Source: an uncultured Gammaproteobacteria bacterium (lineage in GTDB: Bacteria; Pseudomonadota; Gammaproteobacteria; Eutrophobiales; Eutrophobiaceae). Taken from it: a stretch of 64,000 nt of DNA. The position numbers were made by a program, and so were the translations under genes. This document shows, one piece after another, positions 29,246 through 39,970 of the stretch (its first letter is position 1; each line of letters begins with the position of its first letter). The notes beneath the pieces are model-generated. The model was not told the origin of the DNA, ran no database searches, and saw only the letters and a list, made by a program, of their open reading frames with translations. Location: assembly GCA_958295485.1 (NCBI GenBank), contig OY282354.1, positions 2,083,417 through 2,147,416 of the forward strand, written 5' to 3'.

Positions 29246-29443
29246 TGCGTCCCGGTTGTCGGTCGCCCGAGTGACTCGCGAACGCCCTTAAACCGGCATT
29301 CCGGGGGTAACCGCCTCGAACAGGATCAGGCTTGGAATATGTAGAATTGTGTAGAGGTCTGCGGGGAGCCGGGAGATGATGCAGATAACTGGTTTGTTAC
29401 CGGCGATGTTGCGACAATTGATCCTGTGCGTTGCGCTCAATCA

Positions 29444-29482
29444 TCCTTGCATATTTAATATTGAATATTAAATATGCAAGGA
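29444..29482. promoter_or_regulatory. 39-bp perfect inverted repeat TCCTTGCATATTTAATATT-g-AATATTAAATATGCAAGGA
   Basis: Exact 19-bp arms around a single central base, 110 bp upstream of the TraR/DksA-type gene. It is a candidate operator or cruciform. Confidence 0.5.
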
Positions 29483-29592
29483 AAATAGAAAAGTGGACTC
29501 ATATGGAATATCGTAAATATCAGCAGGGACAAATTCGCGGTTTCATGGTTAAATATTGTTCATTGGCAACAGCAAACCCGGAGGAAAACACC

Positions 29593-29859
29593 ATGGCTGG
29601 CGGTTTCACCAAAGACGGGGCAGTCCAGGACCAGATCGATGCGACCATCGAAGATGCGGTAAAGAACGCCCGCAGTCGCCTGCCGCAAGGGGCAAGTCTT
29701 GCTGAATGTGAAGCCTGTGGCGATGACATACCCGAAGCGCGTCAGGCCGCCATTCCGGGTGTCCGCTTGTGCGTAACCTGCCAATCCGAACGGGACCAGG
29801 CGCAGGAGCAGTTCAGCGGATATAACCGCCGGGGTAGCAAGGACAGCCAATTGAGGTAA
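29593..29859 (+). CDS. TraR/DksA-family C4-type zinc-finger protein
   Basis: CEACGDDIPEARQAAIPGVRLCVTCQ four-cysteine finger. Start is set at MAGGFTKDG, with a GGAGG Shine-Dalgarno sequence 8 bp upstream. The track's longer ORF uses a TTG inside the palindrome. Confidence 0.7.
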   Translation: MAGGFTKDGAVQDQIDATIEDAVKNARSRLPQGASLAECEACGDDIPEARQAAIPGVRLCVTCQSERDQAQEQFSGYNRRGSKDSQLR

Positions 29860-30145
29860 GTCAGGCAGGCGCTCGACCCGCCAAATTCCTTCCAAGATCA
29901 AGGATGCCTGATCACATCCTGGGATCGATTAGATATGATACTCAACCGGCGTGAAAGGCCGCTTCTAACCCGCGTATCTAACCAATCCGCTTTTCATCAA
30001 CGGAAAATTATTTTCTATCAATGAGTTACAGTGATTATATCACTTTATTTCTATCACAGTTTGAAGCGTGAAATCATTGAAGATATTTTGCATGAGATGC
30101 TTGTGTCCTATGGACTGCAACCAGTTAAGACTGTCTGATTTCGCG

Positions 30146-31192
30146 TTATTGCGCCAGTGGGGTTTGAATCCTGTCCACAAACATGTTGATGAAGCGCGGC
30201 CAGTCGAGATCATATTGAACGTCTACCTGCCTGGCCCCTTCCGCGCCGGGCCATAACTTGCGGCCACCAACTGATACGCCATAGCTGATTCCATGTTCTA
30301 TATTCACGTCAACGTATAATCGTTCCTTGCTGACAAGCGCAGGGTCGATGAGACTCGCTACTGCAATCTGGTCATACATGAAGTCCAGCCTGTCCGGTTC
30401 GTTTTCAAAACGGGGGCCTAAAGTAACTTTGAGAAGTCGCGTAAGAGGGGTATCCGTCTCCACCATCTTTTCATACCAATGCCTGGTCAACGCACTTTTG
30501 CGGGAAACATTGAGGGGAGACAATTCGATCGGAATGCCGGAACGAAGAGTGACATACGCGGCTTCCGGGTCTACCCAGAAATTGAATTCAGCGTTTGGCG
30601 TAATATTTCCACTACCGTCCGGCAGGAGCGCTATCGCGCCTCCCATGATAACCATCCGCTTTACTTTTTTCGCAAAACCGGGGTCGGCCCGAATTGCTTG
30701 CGCAATGTTCGTCAACGGCCCGATTGCAACCAATGTCACCTCGTGGGGATTTGTCAGAACTGTTTTGACTATAAATGATACTGCGCTTTCGGGAGCCGCC
30801 TTTTTATTCGCATAACCCCCCGGAGGCGCCGGTGGGGGCTCGTTTGAATACCACCTGCCGTATTCACGCACCGCAAAATCACTCTTTTCGTGAACAAGTG
30901 GCATATCTGCCCCCCTGTGCACGGGGATAGCGGTTTGATTCGCTATCTCCAGCATCCTTAAAACGTCGGACGTGGCGCGCTCAACGCTATCGTTGCCTGC
31001 TACTGTAGTAATCCCCAGTATCTCGATTTCCGGCGACTGCATCGCTAACATCAACGCCATGCTGTCATCTTGAGGGGGCATTACAAAGTCGGTATCAAAA
31101 ATAATTTTGATACGCTCTCCACTTTGCGCCGCGCTCATGCCAGCTGACGTGAATATCAATATACCTAAGACTAACAGCAATACCCTTCTCAT
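30146..31192 (-). CDS. secreted nucleoside hydrolase (inosine-uridine-preferring nucleoside hydrolase family)
   Basis: Signal peptide, then the IIFDTDFVMPPQDD aspartate cluster typical of the IU-NH fold. Confidence 0.6.
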   Translation of the reverse strand: MRRVLLLVLGILIFTSAGMSAAQSGERIKIIFDTDFVMPPQDDSMALMLAMQSPEIEILGITTVAGNDSVERATSDVLRMLEIANQTAIPVHRGADMPLVHEKSDFAVREYGRWYSNEPPPAPPGGYANKKAAPESAVSFIVKTVLTNPHEVTLVAIGPLTNIAQAIRADPGFAKKVKRMVIMGGAIALLPDGSGNITPNAEFNFWVDPEAAYVTLRSGIPIELSPLNVSRKSALTRHWYEKMVETDTPLTRLLKVTLGPRFENEPDRLDFMYDQIAVASLIDPALVSKERLYVDVNIEHGISYGVSVGGRKLWPGAEGARQVDVQYDLDWPRFINMFVDRIQTPLAQ

Positions 31193-31497
31193 CAGAACAC
31201 CTCGCAGCTATAGTTCCAGTATGAACATGATGTCAACCCAAAATAGCAATGTCCCCTTTTCCCCAAAGCAGATGCCCCCTTTTAACCCAACATTATAACC
31301 CGGATGTTTGTTTTTCAACGGATGCGCCGGCGATCACTGTCCGGATTCTGGTAACGCAGGCGCCTGAAAAATCTTCCTCCGACAGCGCGCCCGGTGGACG
31401 GATGGCCCAGGCCGGCGTGGAAACGGATTGCTTCGAGTAAGACCCCAGCAACAACCCCAGAATACTCATGGAGCCCACCATATGGGCGCATTCACAT

Positions 31498-32532
31498 TTA
31501 CCCTGCGAGCTCACCCAGTACGGCGTTCCACGCGTGAGCCAGGTTAGCCCGATCGTAACCGCCGCCGCCGAACGCCATGATACGTCCCCTGGCGAACTTA
31601 TCCGCCAGCATGACCATGCGGCGCGTCGCATGTCCGTGCACGGCAGGAGAATATTCGAGTTGCGCCAACGGATCACCCTTGAGGCCGTCGGCGCCACATT
31701 GAAAGATGAAGAACTCCGGTTGGTATGCTTCGAAATGCCCTTCAATACGCGGCCAGGCCTCCATGAACTCGGCATCGCCCGAAAACGGCGGAAGCTCAAT
31801 GTTGAGCTTGGCGCCTTCTGCCCTGCCCTTGCCTGTTTCGTGCGCCCGACCCGTGCCGGGATAAAGCGTGCGCCCATCCTGGTGAATATCCGCAAAAATC
31901 AGGTCCGGATCGTCTTCGAACGCGTAAAACACGCCATCGCCGTGATGCACATCAATATCGAGATAACCGACGCGCTGAACATCGTATACGCGGCGCAATG
32001 TTTCGATCACTACTCCGAGATCATTGAACACGCAGAATCCGGCAGCACGACCGCGCGCCGCGTGATGGAGTCCGCCAATGGGTTGCAGACTGCGCAAGCA
32101 ATGCCCGTCCATCACCTGTGCGAGCCCATCGAGGGCTGCGCCGACGACGTGCGCAGAGGCGCGATACACCCCGGGAAAGACCGGCGTATCACCGTCATCG
32201 AGCAGACGCACACCCTTCTCTTCTGCCGTGAACACCCGTTCGACGTATTCGTCGCGATGAAAACGGACCAACTCCTCGCGTAACGCCTCACGTGAATCTC
32301 GCCTGGTTGTATGCTCGATCAGACCCCGTTCAACCGCTTCACGCAAAAACGCGCCCTGGCGATCGATACCCAATGGATGACCGTCTGGGAAACCATAGGA
32401 GGCCAAGTGGTCATCAACGTATAGATTCACGCTCTTATCACCCGCCTGAACAAGGCGTAGCCCCGGGGGTAGTGAAGCAAGCATCGCAGTCGCGGCCGAT
32501 GTCTGCATTATCGCGCGGCGGAGGCGGTTCAC
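31498..32532 (-). CDS. histone-deacetylase-superfamily amidohydrolase (AcuC / acetylpolyamine-amidohydrolase-like)
   Basis: HDAC motifs GFCVFNDLGV and DIDVHHGDG...GADGLKGDPL. An alternative start is MQTSAATAM at 32508. Confidence 0.75.
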   Translation of the reverse strand: MNRLRRAIMQTSAATAMLASLPPGLRLVQAGDKSVNLYVDDHLASYGFPDGHPLGIDRQGAFLREAVERGLIEHTTRRDSREALREELVRFHRDEYVERVFTAEEKGVRLLDDGDTPVFPGVYRASAHVVGAALDGLAQVMDGHCLRSLQPIGGLHHAARGRAAGFCVFNDLGVVIETLRRVYDVQRVGYLDIDVHHGDGVFYAFEDDPDLIFADIHQDGRTLYPGTGRAHETGKGRAEGAKLNIELPPFSGDAEFMEAWPRIEGHFEAYQPEFFIFQCGADGLKGDPLAQLEYSPAVHGHATRRMVMLADKFARGRIMAFGGGGYDRANLAHAWNAVLGELAG

Positions 32533-32844
32533 TGCGTCTCCTCATATGCCGGACCACCGGCTGTTAATAACCGGAGTTCATCGTAGTGAAACACACGAAC
32601 TTCCAAAGCATGATCATAGCCTTATCCTCATAGTTGCCAGTTAGACGCCCGCGGCGTGAGAAGCAATGACGTATCCCCTGAAAAATCCTTCAAGTCGATC
32701 CAATAACGTTGAACAAAACCATTTTGTTCCCTTGGATACTCCTCAGTGTCAGGCATGCCGCCATTTCTAATAATAGCGCGTACTGATGCTTTATTCCTCT
32801 TATCACAAGTAACGAGCGCATTCCCTATTCCTTTTTTTAACGCT

Positions 32845-33126
32845 TCATCCCTGTTGGTTTGTTTTCTTGTAAACCGGCAGCAGCAGGGTTATGAAAGCTG
32901 AAATAACCATAACAATCACGGCTGTTATCAACACTTCCATATAAGATCCGTAAGTTTCAAAGGCAAGGCCAAAAGCATAGGGCCCAAGTGATGCGCCAAA
33001 TGCAAATTGCCCCGGCCCGGTGGACATGGCAACGGCCGACACCGCCACGGTCCACCAACCATGATAAGTAACGCGGCTTTCCATATCGCCTGTATCAAAC
33101 ACATGACGTGATAGCATCAGAGGCAT
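32845..33126 (-). pseudogene. possible C-terminal remnant of an MFS transporter
   Basis: The 93-aa ORF has two hydrophobic helices and a GPGQFAFGASLGPYAFGL loop. There is no N-terminal body, and it lies in a region of low coding density. Confidence 0.3.
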
Positions 33127-33448
33127 TCTTTTTTAATGATAATATCATTCTATACTATGCGATATGGCAAGTAACATGCGACCCATACATCCCGGCAAGC
33201 ATTTGAGGGATGAATTAAATGCTTGATACCAAAATTAAAGCCCTGACCCTTTAGCCTGTTAACCAGGTGTTCCTCGATCAGTTTCAGGTATTTGACGAAT
33301 TGCGAAAAAACCAGCGCCTTGTGCTGGTTAGCGAGCAGGTTACCTAAAGGTCTCGGCGAATGCCTCCAGCTTGGAACTCCCCGGCGCGTTTGTAAACGAA
33401 AAAACCATCCAGGGATTCCAGACTGCTGGCCTGAACAAGGACAAGGAC

Positions 33449-33478
33449 TTGACGACGGCACCGGTAGCGTATTAGAAT
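33449..33478 (+). promoter_or_regulatory. sigma70-like promoter for the RHH antitoxin gene
   Basis: TTGACG - 18 bp - TAGAAT, about 30 bp upstream of the ATG at 33507. Confidence 0.35.
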
Positions 33479-33506
33479 ATACCATCATGTTATCAGAATT
33501 GCAGTC

Positions 33507-33760
33507 ATGCCATCACTTGTAAGAACGCAGGTCCAACTGACGAAAGAACAAGCCCGGGACCTCAAAGCGCAAGCGCGCAGCGAAGAACGTTCAATGGCCG
33601 ACCTGGTGCGCGAGAGTGTCGCCGAGTATCTGGCGCGACGACCCATGAGGGACCGTCGCGAGCTTATCCGTCGCGCCCGCGACTTGGCCGGGCGCTACCA
33701 CTCAGGTTGCCCGGATGTCGCAGAAAACCACGACCGCTATCTCGAGGATGCGTTTGACTC

Positions 33761-33764
<4 letters not shown>
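33507..33764 (+). CDS. ribbon-helix-helix (CopG/RHH) antitoxin
   Basis: 85 aa. The N-terminal segment (VQLTKEQARDLKAQARSEERSMADLVRESVAEYL) is RHH-like. Its stop overlaps the GTG of the downstream PIN remnant. Confidence 0.6.
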
Positions 33765-34693
<929 letters not shown>

Positions 34694-34710
34694 GGCAACA
34701 CTCTCTTATT

Positions 34711-34731
34711 TGTACATGTTCAAAGTGTACA
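34711..34731. promoter_or_regulatory. candidate autoregulatory operator of the DUF1778/GNAT module (two palindromic TGTACA hexamers 9 bp apart)
   Basis: TGTACATGTTCAAAGTGTACA lies 18 bp upstream of the antitoxin start and overlaps a TTGTAA-17-TACACT promoter-like element on the minus strand. Confidence 0.4.
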
Positions 34732-34842
34732 TATATACCGATGTCATTACAATATTTCTACCTTGAAATTATACAAACGAGGGTGTCGCAAAAGGGCCGG
34801 GAGAGGGACGCTCAGGCTCAGGCAGGCGACTTTGATCTCACG

Positions 34843-34945
34843 GAGGCAGGCCCTGCGCCTGCCCTGCTCCATGCCGGCAGGTACCAGGGGCAACTCGCCC
34901 CTGCGGGTCATCGCCAGTGACAGTGATGGCGCTCTTGTGGTCTCT
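34843..34945. repeat. GC-rich intergenic repeat, copy 1 (..GGCAGGCCCTGCGCCTGCCCTG..GCCCCTGCGGGTCATCGCCAGTGA..)
   Basis: Aligns with 44875-44980 along about 100 bp. Confidence 0.65.
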
Positions 34946-34965
34946 CCGCAGGTGGGATATACGAA

Positions 34966-36231
34966 TTAATCACGCTTGAAATAACCACGGGTATGATCGA
35001 TGGTCTGTATGCCGCGAGCATGTTTGCTGGCAAACCGGCGCCACATGGTCAATTCGACGTCCGGTTGAAACAGCCGCTCTCGTTGCCAACCGTCTTCCTC
35101 AGCGTAATATTTGTGTAGCTGTTCACGGGCAAAGGCGTCATCCACGGTAAATCCTTCCACTGCCGGCACTTCCCACATGATCCGGCCATCCTCGCCCAAC
35201 CAACGTTCCGCTTCTTCCTCATCGTCAGTATGAATCACGCCGAACTGAAAATACGTGTGCACGTCCTTGCTCTTAGGCACGTAGAACTCATAGTGGGTGC
35301 AATGGGGCGCGGGGAACGTGGTGACTTTCAAGGAACAAGGCATCCACAAGCCGACGGTGCCCAGACGAATGATGTCGGTCAACTGCGCCAGTTCCTCTGT
35401 GGACTTGCCTCTTGCCAGGGGCAGGACCAGGTCTTTTCGACCGCCGTTCCTGAGCGGGATGGACGCTTCATGCTTGAATTCCGTCTTTTCCACCTTGCGG
35501 GTAAAACCTTTTGGCCCGTCTTCATCTTCAACGTAGCGGGTTGTATCCAGCACGTCTTCCCTGGTGGATGTATAACCATAGGACGTGTGCATGCCGGCAT
35601 TGATGCACATCTCAGACCAGTTGTGAATAAACTGGTGACCGGGATCATAGCCATTCTCACAACCCAATCGCCAATTAGCCTTGATGTCATAGGGCTCGCC
35701 ACAGTAGACCACGGCATTGTCATCCAGCAGGCCCGGCGCCAGATCATGGCGCAGCGGCGGCGGTTCAATATCACCAATAAAGATAAAGATGATGCCTTTT
35801 TGCTCCTCGGCCGGATAGACCTTGGTCTTGCATTTGCCTATCATCTTTGATTCTGGCGAGCTGAGTATGGTACGCAGGCTGCCGTCTTCCAGGTCAAACG
35901 TCCAGGTGTGATACCAGCAGGTTAAAGTCTCCCTGGTGTAGAACAGCGGCCGGGCCGAGAAACGCATCCCGCGGTGAGGACACCGGTCCTCCAGGGCATG
36001 GACTTTCCCATTCTGGCGAGTGATTAAAATTTCCTCCCCCAGCAATTCAATCCCCTTGGCGGCGCCTTCGTCAAGATGCCGCGACAACGCCGCAGGGTAC
36101 CAGTAATTACGGAACCCCCATTCCGCATCGAGCCAGACCTGCCAGGGTTTCTTCGCCCGCGTTGTCCTGGCCCTGGCTTGCTCAACGTGGCCCTGGGTTT
36201 CTTCCAGCAGGGTTTTGGTTATTTCAGTCAT
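34966..36231 (-). CDS. Rieske [2Fe-2S] non-heme-iron ring-hydroxylating oxygenase, alpha subunit
   Basis: Rieske motif CPHRGMRFS...CWYHTW, followed by a catalytic domain with a His/Asp mononuclear-iron region. Confidence 0.8.
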   Translation of the reverse strand: MTEITKTLLEETQGHVEQARARTTRAKKPWQVWLDAEWGFRNYWYPAALSRHLDEGAAKGIELLGEEILITRQNGKVHALEDRCPHRGMRFSARPLFYTRETLTCWYHTWTFDLEDGSLRTILSSPESKMIGKCKTKVYPAEEQKGIIFIFIGDIEPPPLRHDLAPGLLDDNAVVYCGEPYDIKANWRLGCENGYDPGHQFIHNWSEMCINAGMHTSYGYTSTREDVLDTTRYVEDEDGPKGFTRKVEKTEFKHEASIPLRNGGRKDLVLPLARGKSTEELAQLTDIIRLGTVGLWMPCSLKVTTFPAPHCTHYEFYVPKSKDVHTYFQFGVIHTDDEEEAERWLGEDGRIMWEVPAVEGFTVDDAFAREQLHKYYAEEDGWQRERLFQPDVELTMWRRFASKHARGIQTIDHTRGYFKRD

Positions 36232-36465
36232 AGAGTTTGAATTTATAATCCGGCTTGTCGATTAGCGCAAGCTCTTTATTTGCCAGCTTACCCCTTCAGG
36301 CAAACCCTTGGGCCAGTGCATGATCATCGGTATCCGCGCCGCTTCATCATATTAGCGGGAATTGCCGCTCTATGGCGAGCTTTGTATCCATTAACGTATA
36401 ATGCAATATCTATCGAGTGATTACAGCTTGTAAAACCAAATCAAGGGTATCTTCCCGGGAGATAA

Positions 36466-37776
36466 ATGAAACTTGCCGTCAGCATCCTGATTTTCGGCAT
36501 TGTACTGCATAGCCTTGGCAGTCCCTCGACCGCTTTGGCGGCAACGCCGCCAAACATCGTTTTGATCCTTGCGGACGATCTTGGCTATGGCGATATCGGT
36601 GTCTACGGCGCGACGCTCATCAAGACACCGCACCTCGACCGGTTGGCTGGCGAAGGCATGCGCCTCACAAATTTTTATGCAAGCGCCAACGTCTGTAGTC
36701 CGTCGCGCGCCGGCATCATGACCGGTCGCTACGCGATTCGAGACGGATTGGCTGACAAAACGATCACCGTCACGGATCAGCGTGGATTGCCTGACCGGGT
36801 GACGACGGTCGCATCGATGTTGAAGCGCAACGCTTATCGAACGGGGTTGATTGGCAAGTGGCACCTGGGGCATCACTTGCCAGGGCAGCGTCCAAACGCC
36901 CACGGGTTTGATTTCTTCTATGGATTGCTGCAACCCAACGATGCCGCCGGACTGATTATGTACCGCAATACCGAACCCGCCGGCGAACCCATTGACCAAG
37001 GCGCGCTGACCCGGCGTTTTACCGAAGAGGCGGTCAGGTTCATAGAACGCAATTCCGGTGCGCCGTTCTTTCTTTACATGTCCCACAGCGCGCCGCACAT
37101 CCCCCTGGTTCCATCCCCTGCGTTCGCAAATACTTCCCAGGCCGGCGCCTATGGCGATGTTGTGCAGGAACTCGACTGGAGCGTCGGCCAGTTACTCGAC
37201 GCCATAGGACGCAACGGCCTGGCGGACAAAACGGTAATCATATTTACCAGTGACAACGGCCCGTTTCCGGAAGGCAGCGCCGGCGGGTTGCGCGGCGGCA
37301 AGGGCACTGCCTGGGACGGCGGTTACCGCGTGCCGTTCATCGCTCGCTGGCCCGGTCACATCCCTGCCGCCGGCATGGCAAGCGCAATGGCCATGAATAT
37401 CGACTTGCTGCCGACTTTCGCGGCAATGGCTAGTGCGTCATTACCGCAGTCCATGCAATTAGATGGCCGGAGTATCTTACCCATCATGAGCGGCGATGCG
37501 GACGAATCACCGCACAAGGCGCTGTATTTCTTCAACAACGAACGCATAGCGGCGGTACGCACCCAGAACTGGAAGATGCTGATTCGGGCCCGCTATCTTG
37601 GTATAGACCGCCAGCTGCCGGAGCACGGCGTCTTGCTGTTGTTCGATATGCAGGGAGACCCAATGGAACGTTACAGCATGGCGGCGCATCGGCCTGACAA
37701 GTGGCGGGAGCTACAGGCGCACCTGGCGCGCGGGCAGCGGGAACTCGAATCATTGGCGCTGCCTCCCACAAAATGA
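36466..37776 (+). CDS. secreted sulfatase (formylglycine-dependent)
   Basis: Signal peptide, sulfatase signature CSPSRAGIMTGRY, and GKWHLG. Confidence 0.85.
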   Translation: MKLAVSILIFGIVLHSLGSPSTALAATPPNIVLILADDLGYGDIGVYGATLIKTPHLDRLAGEGMRLTNFYASANVCSPSRAGIMTGRYAIRDGLADKTITVTDQRGLPDRVTTVASMLKRNAYRTGLIGKWHLGHHLPGQRPNAHGFDFFYGLLQPNDAAGLIMYRNTEPAGEPIDQGALTRRFTEEAVRFIERNSGAPFFLYMSHSAPHIPLVPSPAFANTSQAGAYGDVVQELDWSVGQLLDAIGRNGLADKTVIIFTSDNGPFPEGSAGGLRGGKGTAWDGGYRVPFIARWPGHIPAAGMASAMAMNIDLLPTFAAMASASLPQSMQLDGRSILPIMSGDADESPHKALYFFNNERIAAVRTQNWKMLIRARYLGIDRQLPEHGVLLLFDMQGDPMERYSMAAHRPDKWRELQAHLARGQRELESLALPPTK

Positions 37777-38291
37777 AACCCATCTATAGCTTGTTTCTGA
37801 TCCTGCTGCTGGCGCTCGGATTCACAATCGTCGTACTCGTCACTCCCGAGCCGGCCAATGGTCACGGCATTGCCCATCTCCAATTTCCCGGCATGAAACA
37901 GGTCGGCGATGCCCTGGGCGCGGCCCGGCCCGTGTTAATCCCTGGCTTGGCGTTAGGTGTGTTGATGTACATGTTAGTCGCTACCCTGATCTACCTGAGC
38001 GTGCCTGAACGTAAACGCTCCCGCCCCTTCCTGCTCAGTGTACTTGCGGCCTTGCTGGTTGCCTTGCTCGCATGGATTTCACTTACAACCACCTATCAAC
38101 ATTATTTATCAGAAAATGAACTGACCCTGATACTCGGCTTTCCCGTTCCTACTATCCTGATGCTGTTGGCTGTCTGGTTGGCGCCACTGTGTTTTACGCT
38201 GATCTTTGTCGCGGGTTTTCGTCATTGGATTTATACGGAAGAAGATGAAGCGCGTTTTAATTCACTGATGGAAAAGGCGAAAAAACAATGA
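37773..38291 (+). CDS. small integral membrane protein (4 predicted TM), probable accessory subunit of the downstream symporter
   Basis: Start MKPIYSLFLILLLALG overlaps the sulfatase stop (ATGA), and its own stop overlaps the symporter start (ATGA). Confidence 0.5.
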   Translation: MKPIYSLFLILLLALGFTIVVLVTPEPANGHGIAHLQFPGMKQVGDALGAARPVLIPGLALGVLMYMLVATLIYLSVPERKRSRPFLLSVLAALLVALLAWISLTTTYQHYLSENELTLILGFPVPTILMLLAVWLAPLCFTLIFVAGFRHWIYTEEDEARFNSLMEKAKKQ

Positions 38292-39787
38292 TAGAGGCTT
38301 GGCGCAATCCCGTCATCCTGATGTTTTTGATCCTGTATCTGGGCATGTGTATTGGCGTGGGCATGTGGGCCATGCACAAAACCAGATCCACCCGTGATTT
38401 TTTTATGGCGGGGCGGGCGGTTGGCCCCATGGTTATTGCCTTCGCCATCTTTTCCAGCACCTTGAGCGGGTTTGGTTTTGTTGGCGGGCCGGGGCTTATC
38501 TATTCCATGGGCATGAGTTCCATGTGGATGGTAATCCCCTCTACGATAGGCACCACCTTGATATTTTTTTTGATCTCAAAACGAATTCGGCTCATTGCAG
38601 AACTGAGAGATTGTATCTCTTTACCCGATATCGTTGCCGCGCGATATAACAGCGACAGCGCCCGGTTATTAAGCGCTGTGGCCATTTTGCTGGGCGTGCT
38701 GGGTTACCTGGCCGTACAGATTCTGGCCATGGCCGTGGTCATGCAATCCATCATTAACAATGTCGGCTGGTTCGGCCAGGTAAATCTGTTATTTTGCATG
38801 GTTATCTCTTCCACCGTCCTGATTTTCTATTGCGTCACCGGTGGCATTATCGCTTCCGTTTACACCGACGTGGTCCAGGGCCTTGTCATGGCCATGGCGG
38901 GGATTTTGATCCTGGTTACGGCATACATGTTGTTTGAAAACGGCTACGTGGATATGTCCCGCCTCATGTATGCCGATGACCCGGCCTCTATCGGACCGTT
39001 TGGCACCCAGGGGATGATCGGTTGTTTGTCCTGGTATTTTGTGTTCGGACTGGGCGCCGCCGCCCAGCCGCACATTATTACCAAGCTGATGATGACCCGG
39101 GAGCTCAAGGACACCCGCATTATTCTGCCGGCATCAATCCTGGGTTATTCACTCTCTGCCTTGTTGTGGTTGTTTATTGGCCTGGTCATGCGTTCCGTGG
39201 TGCTTGCCGGTACCCACGCGCCACTGGAAGCGCCAGATATGGCGGCGGCAGAATTCCTGCAATACTACGTCCACCCTGTTCTTGCCGGCGTCGTCTTTGC
39301 AGCATTATTTGCAGCCATCATGTCAACCGCGGACGGTTTTCTGAATGTCGGCGCCGCGGCCATCATCCATGACATTCCCATTGCCGTTCGCGGGCATGGC
39401 GTGAAAAACGAGTTATTCTGGGCGCGGGTAGTGACAATATTGCTGGCTATCGTGGCAGCCGGATTTGCCTTGTTTTCTTTTTATATCAACGAGCGGCTTG
39501 TCGCAATTCTCGGCGTGTTTGGCTGGGCCACATTCGCTGCTGCATTGGTGCCGGTAGTGGCGCTTGGGTTGAATTGGAAAAGGGCTACGCCATTGGCTGC
39601 ATGCACGGCCATTCTCGTCAGCCTGCTTGTGAACCTTTCATTGGAAATTTTTGCCATTAAGATCCCGTGGGGCATACATGGCGGGTTTATTGCGTTGTTA
39701 CTGTCTTTGTTGATATTTATTTTTATCTCGTTACTGCAAACACAGCCGAAGCTCGCTGAAGATATTGATGCCATACTGGAAATTTAA
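38288..39787 (+). CDS. sodium:solute symporter (SSS/SLC5 family)
   Basis: 499 aa, about 13 TM helices, and the conserved MAGRAVGP / GGPGLIY N-terminal region. Confidence 0.8.
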   Translation: MIEAWRNPVILMFLILYLGMCIGVGMWAMHKTRSTRDFFMAGRAVGPMVIAFAIFSSTLSGFGFVGGPGLIYSMGMSSMWMVIPSTIGTTLIFFLISKRIRLIAELRDCISLPDIVAARYNSDSARLLSAVAILLGVLGYLAVQILAMAVVMQSIINNVGWFGQVNLLFCMVISSTVLIFYCVTGGIIASVYTDVVQGLVMAMAGILILVTAYMLFENGYVDMSRLMYADDPASIGPFGTQGMIGCLSWYFVFGLGAAAQPHIITKLMMTRELKDTRIILPASILGYSLSALLWLFIGLVMRSVVLAGTHAPLEAPDMAAAEFLQYYVHPVLAGVVFAALFAAIMSTADGFLNVGAAAIIHDIPIAVRGHGVKNELFWARVVTILLAIVAAGFALFSFYINERLVAILGVFGWATFAAALVPVVALGLNWKRATPLAACTAILVSLLVNLSLEIFAIKIPWGIHGGFIALLLSLLIFIFISLLQTQPKLAEDIDAILEI

Positions 39788-39970
39788 CCCGCTTCTTTGG
39801 TGAAACCTGCGCCAACCGGTGGAGCCAGGGCATGCCCTACGCCCGCCGCGCCGCGGCGAACTACGAAGGTGGTTCCTGGTATCTCCGGGGGAGCTACCGC
39901 TGGTAGCCCCCTCTCCCCTGCCCCTTTTACGACGGCATCTCAAAGAGAGGGGGAGATGATGGCGCCTGTT

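Noticed and set aside
29431-29592. Track ORF 29431..29859, which starts with a 54-aa N-terminal extension (MRSIILAYLILNIKY...)
   Set aside because: The extension starts at a TTG inside the 39-bp palindrome and has no Shine-Dalgarno sequence. The internal ATG at 29593 has a GGAGG 8 bp upstream, and the zinc-finger domain begins right after it.
33131-33150. Fur-box-like palindrome AATGATAATATCATT
   Set aside because: It matches only part of the 19-bp Fur consensus. It sits in a degraded region 8 bp upstream of a doubtful gene fragment, so it is probably fortuitous in AT-rich DNA.
37701-37772. Track start at 37701 for the small membrane protein (MAGATGAPGARAAG...)
   Set aside because: It overlaps the 3' end of the sulfatase gene in another frame and is Ala/Gly-rich junk. 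The ATG at 37773 gives a hydrophobic N-terminus and an ATGA junction.
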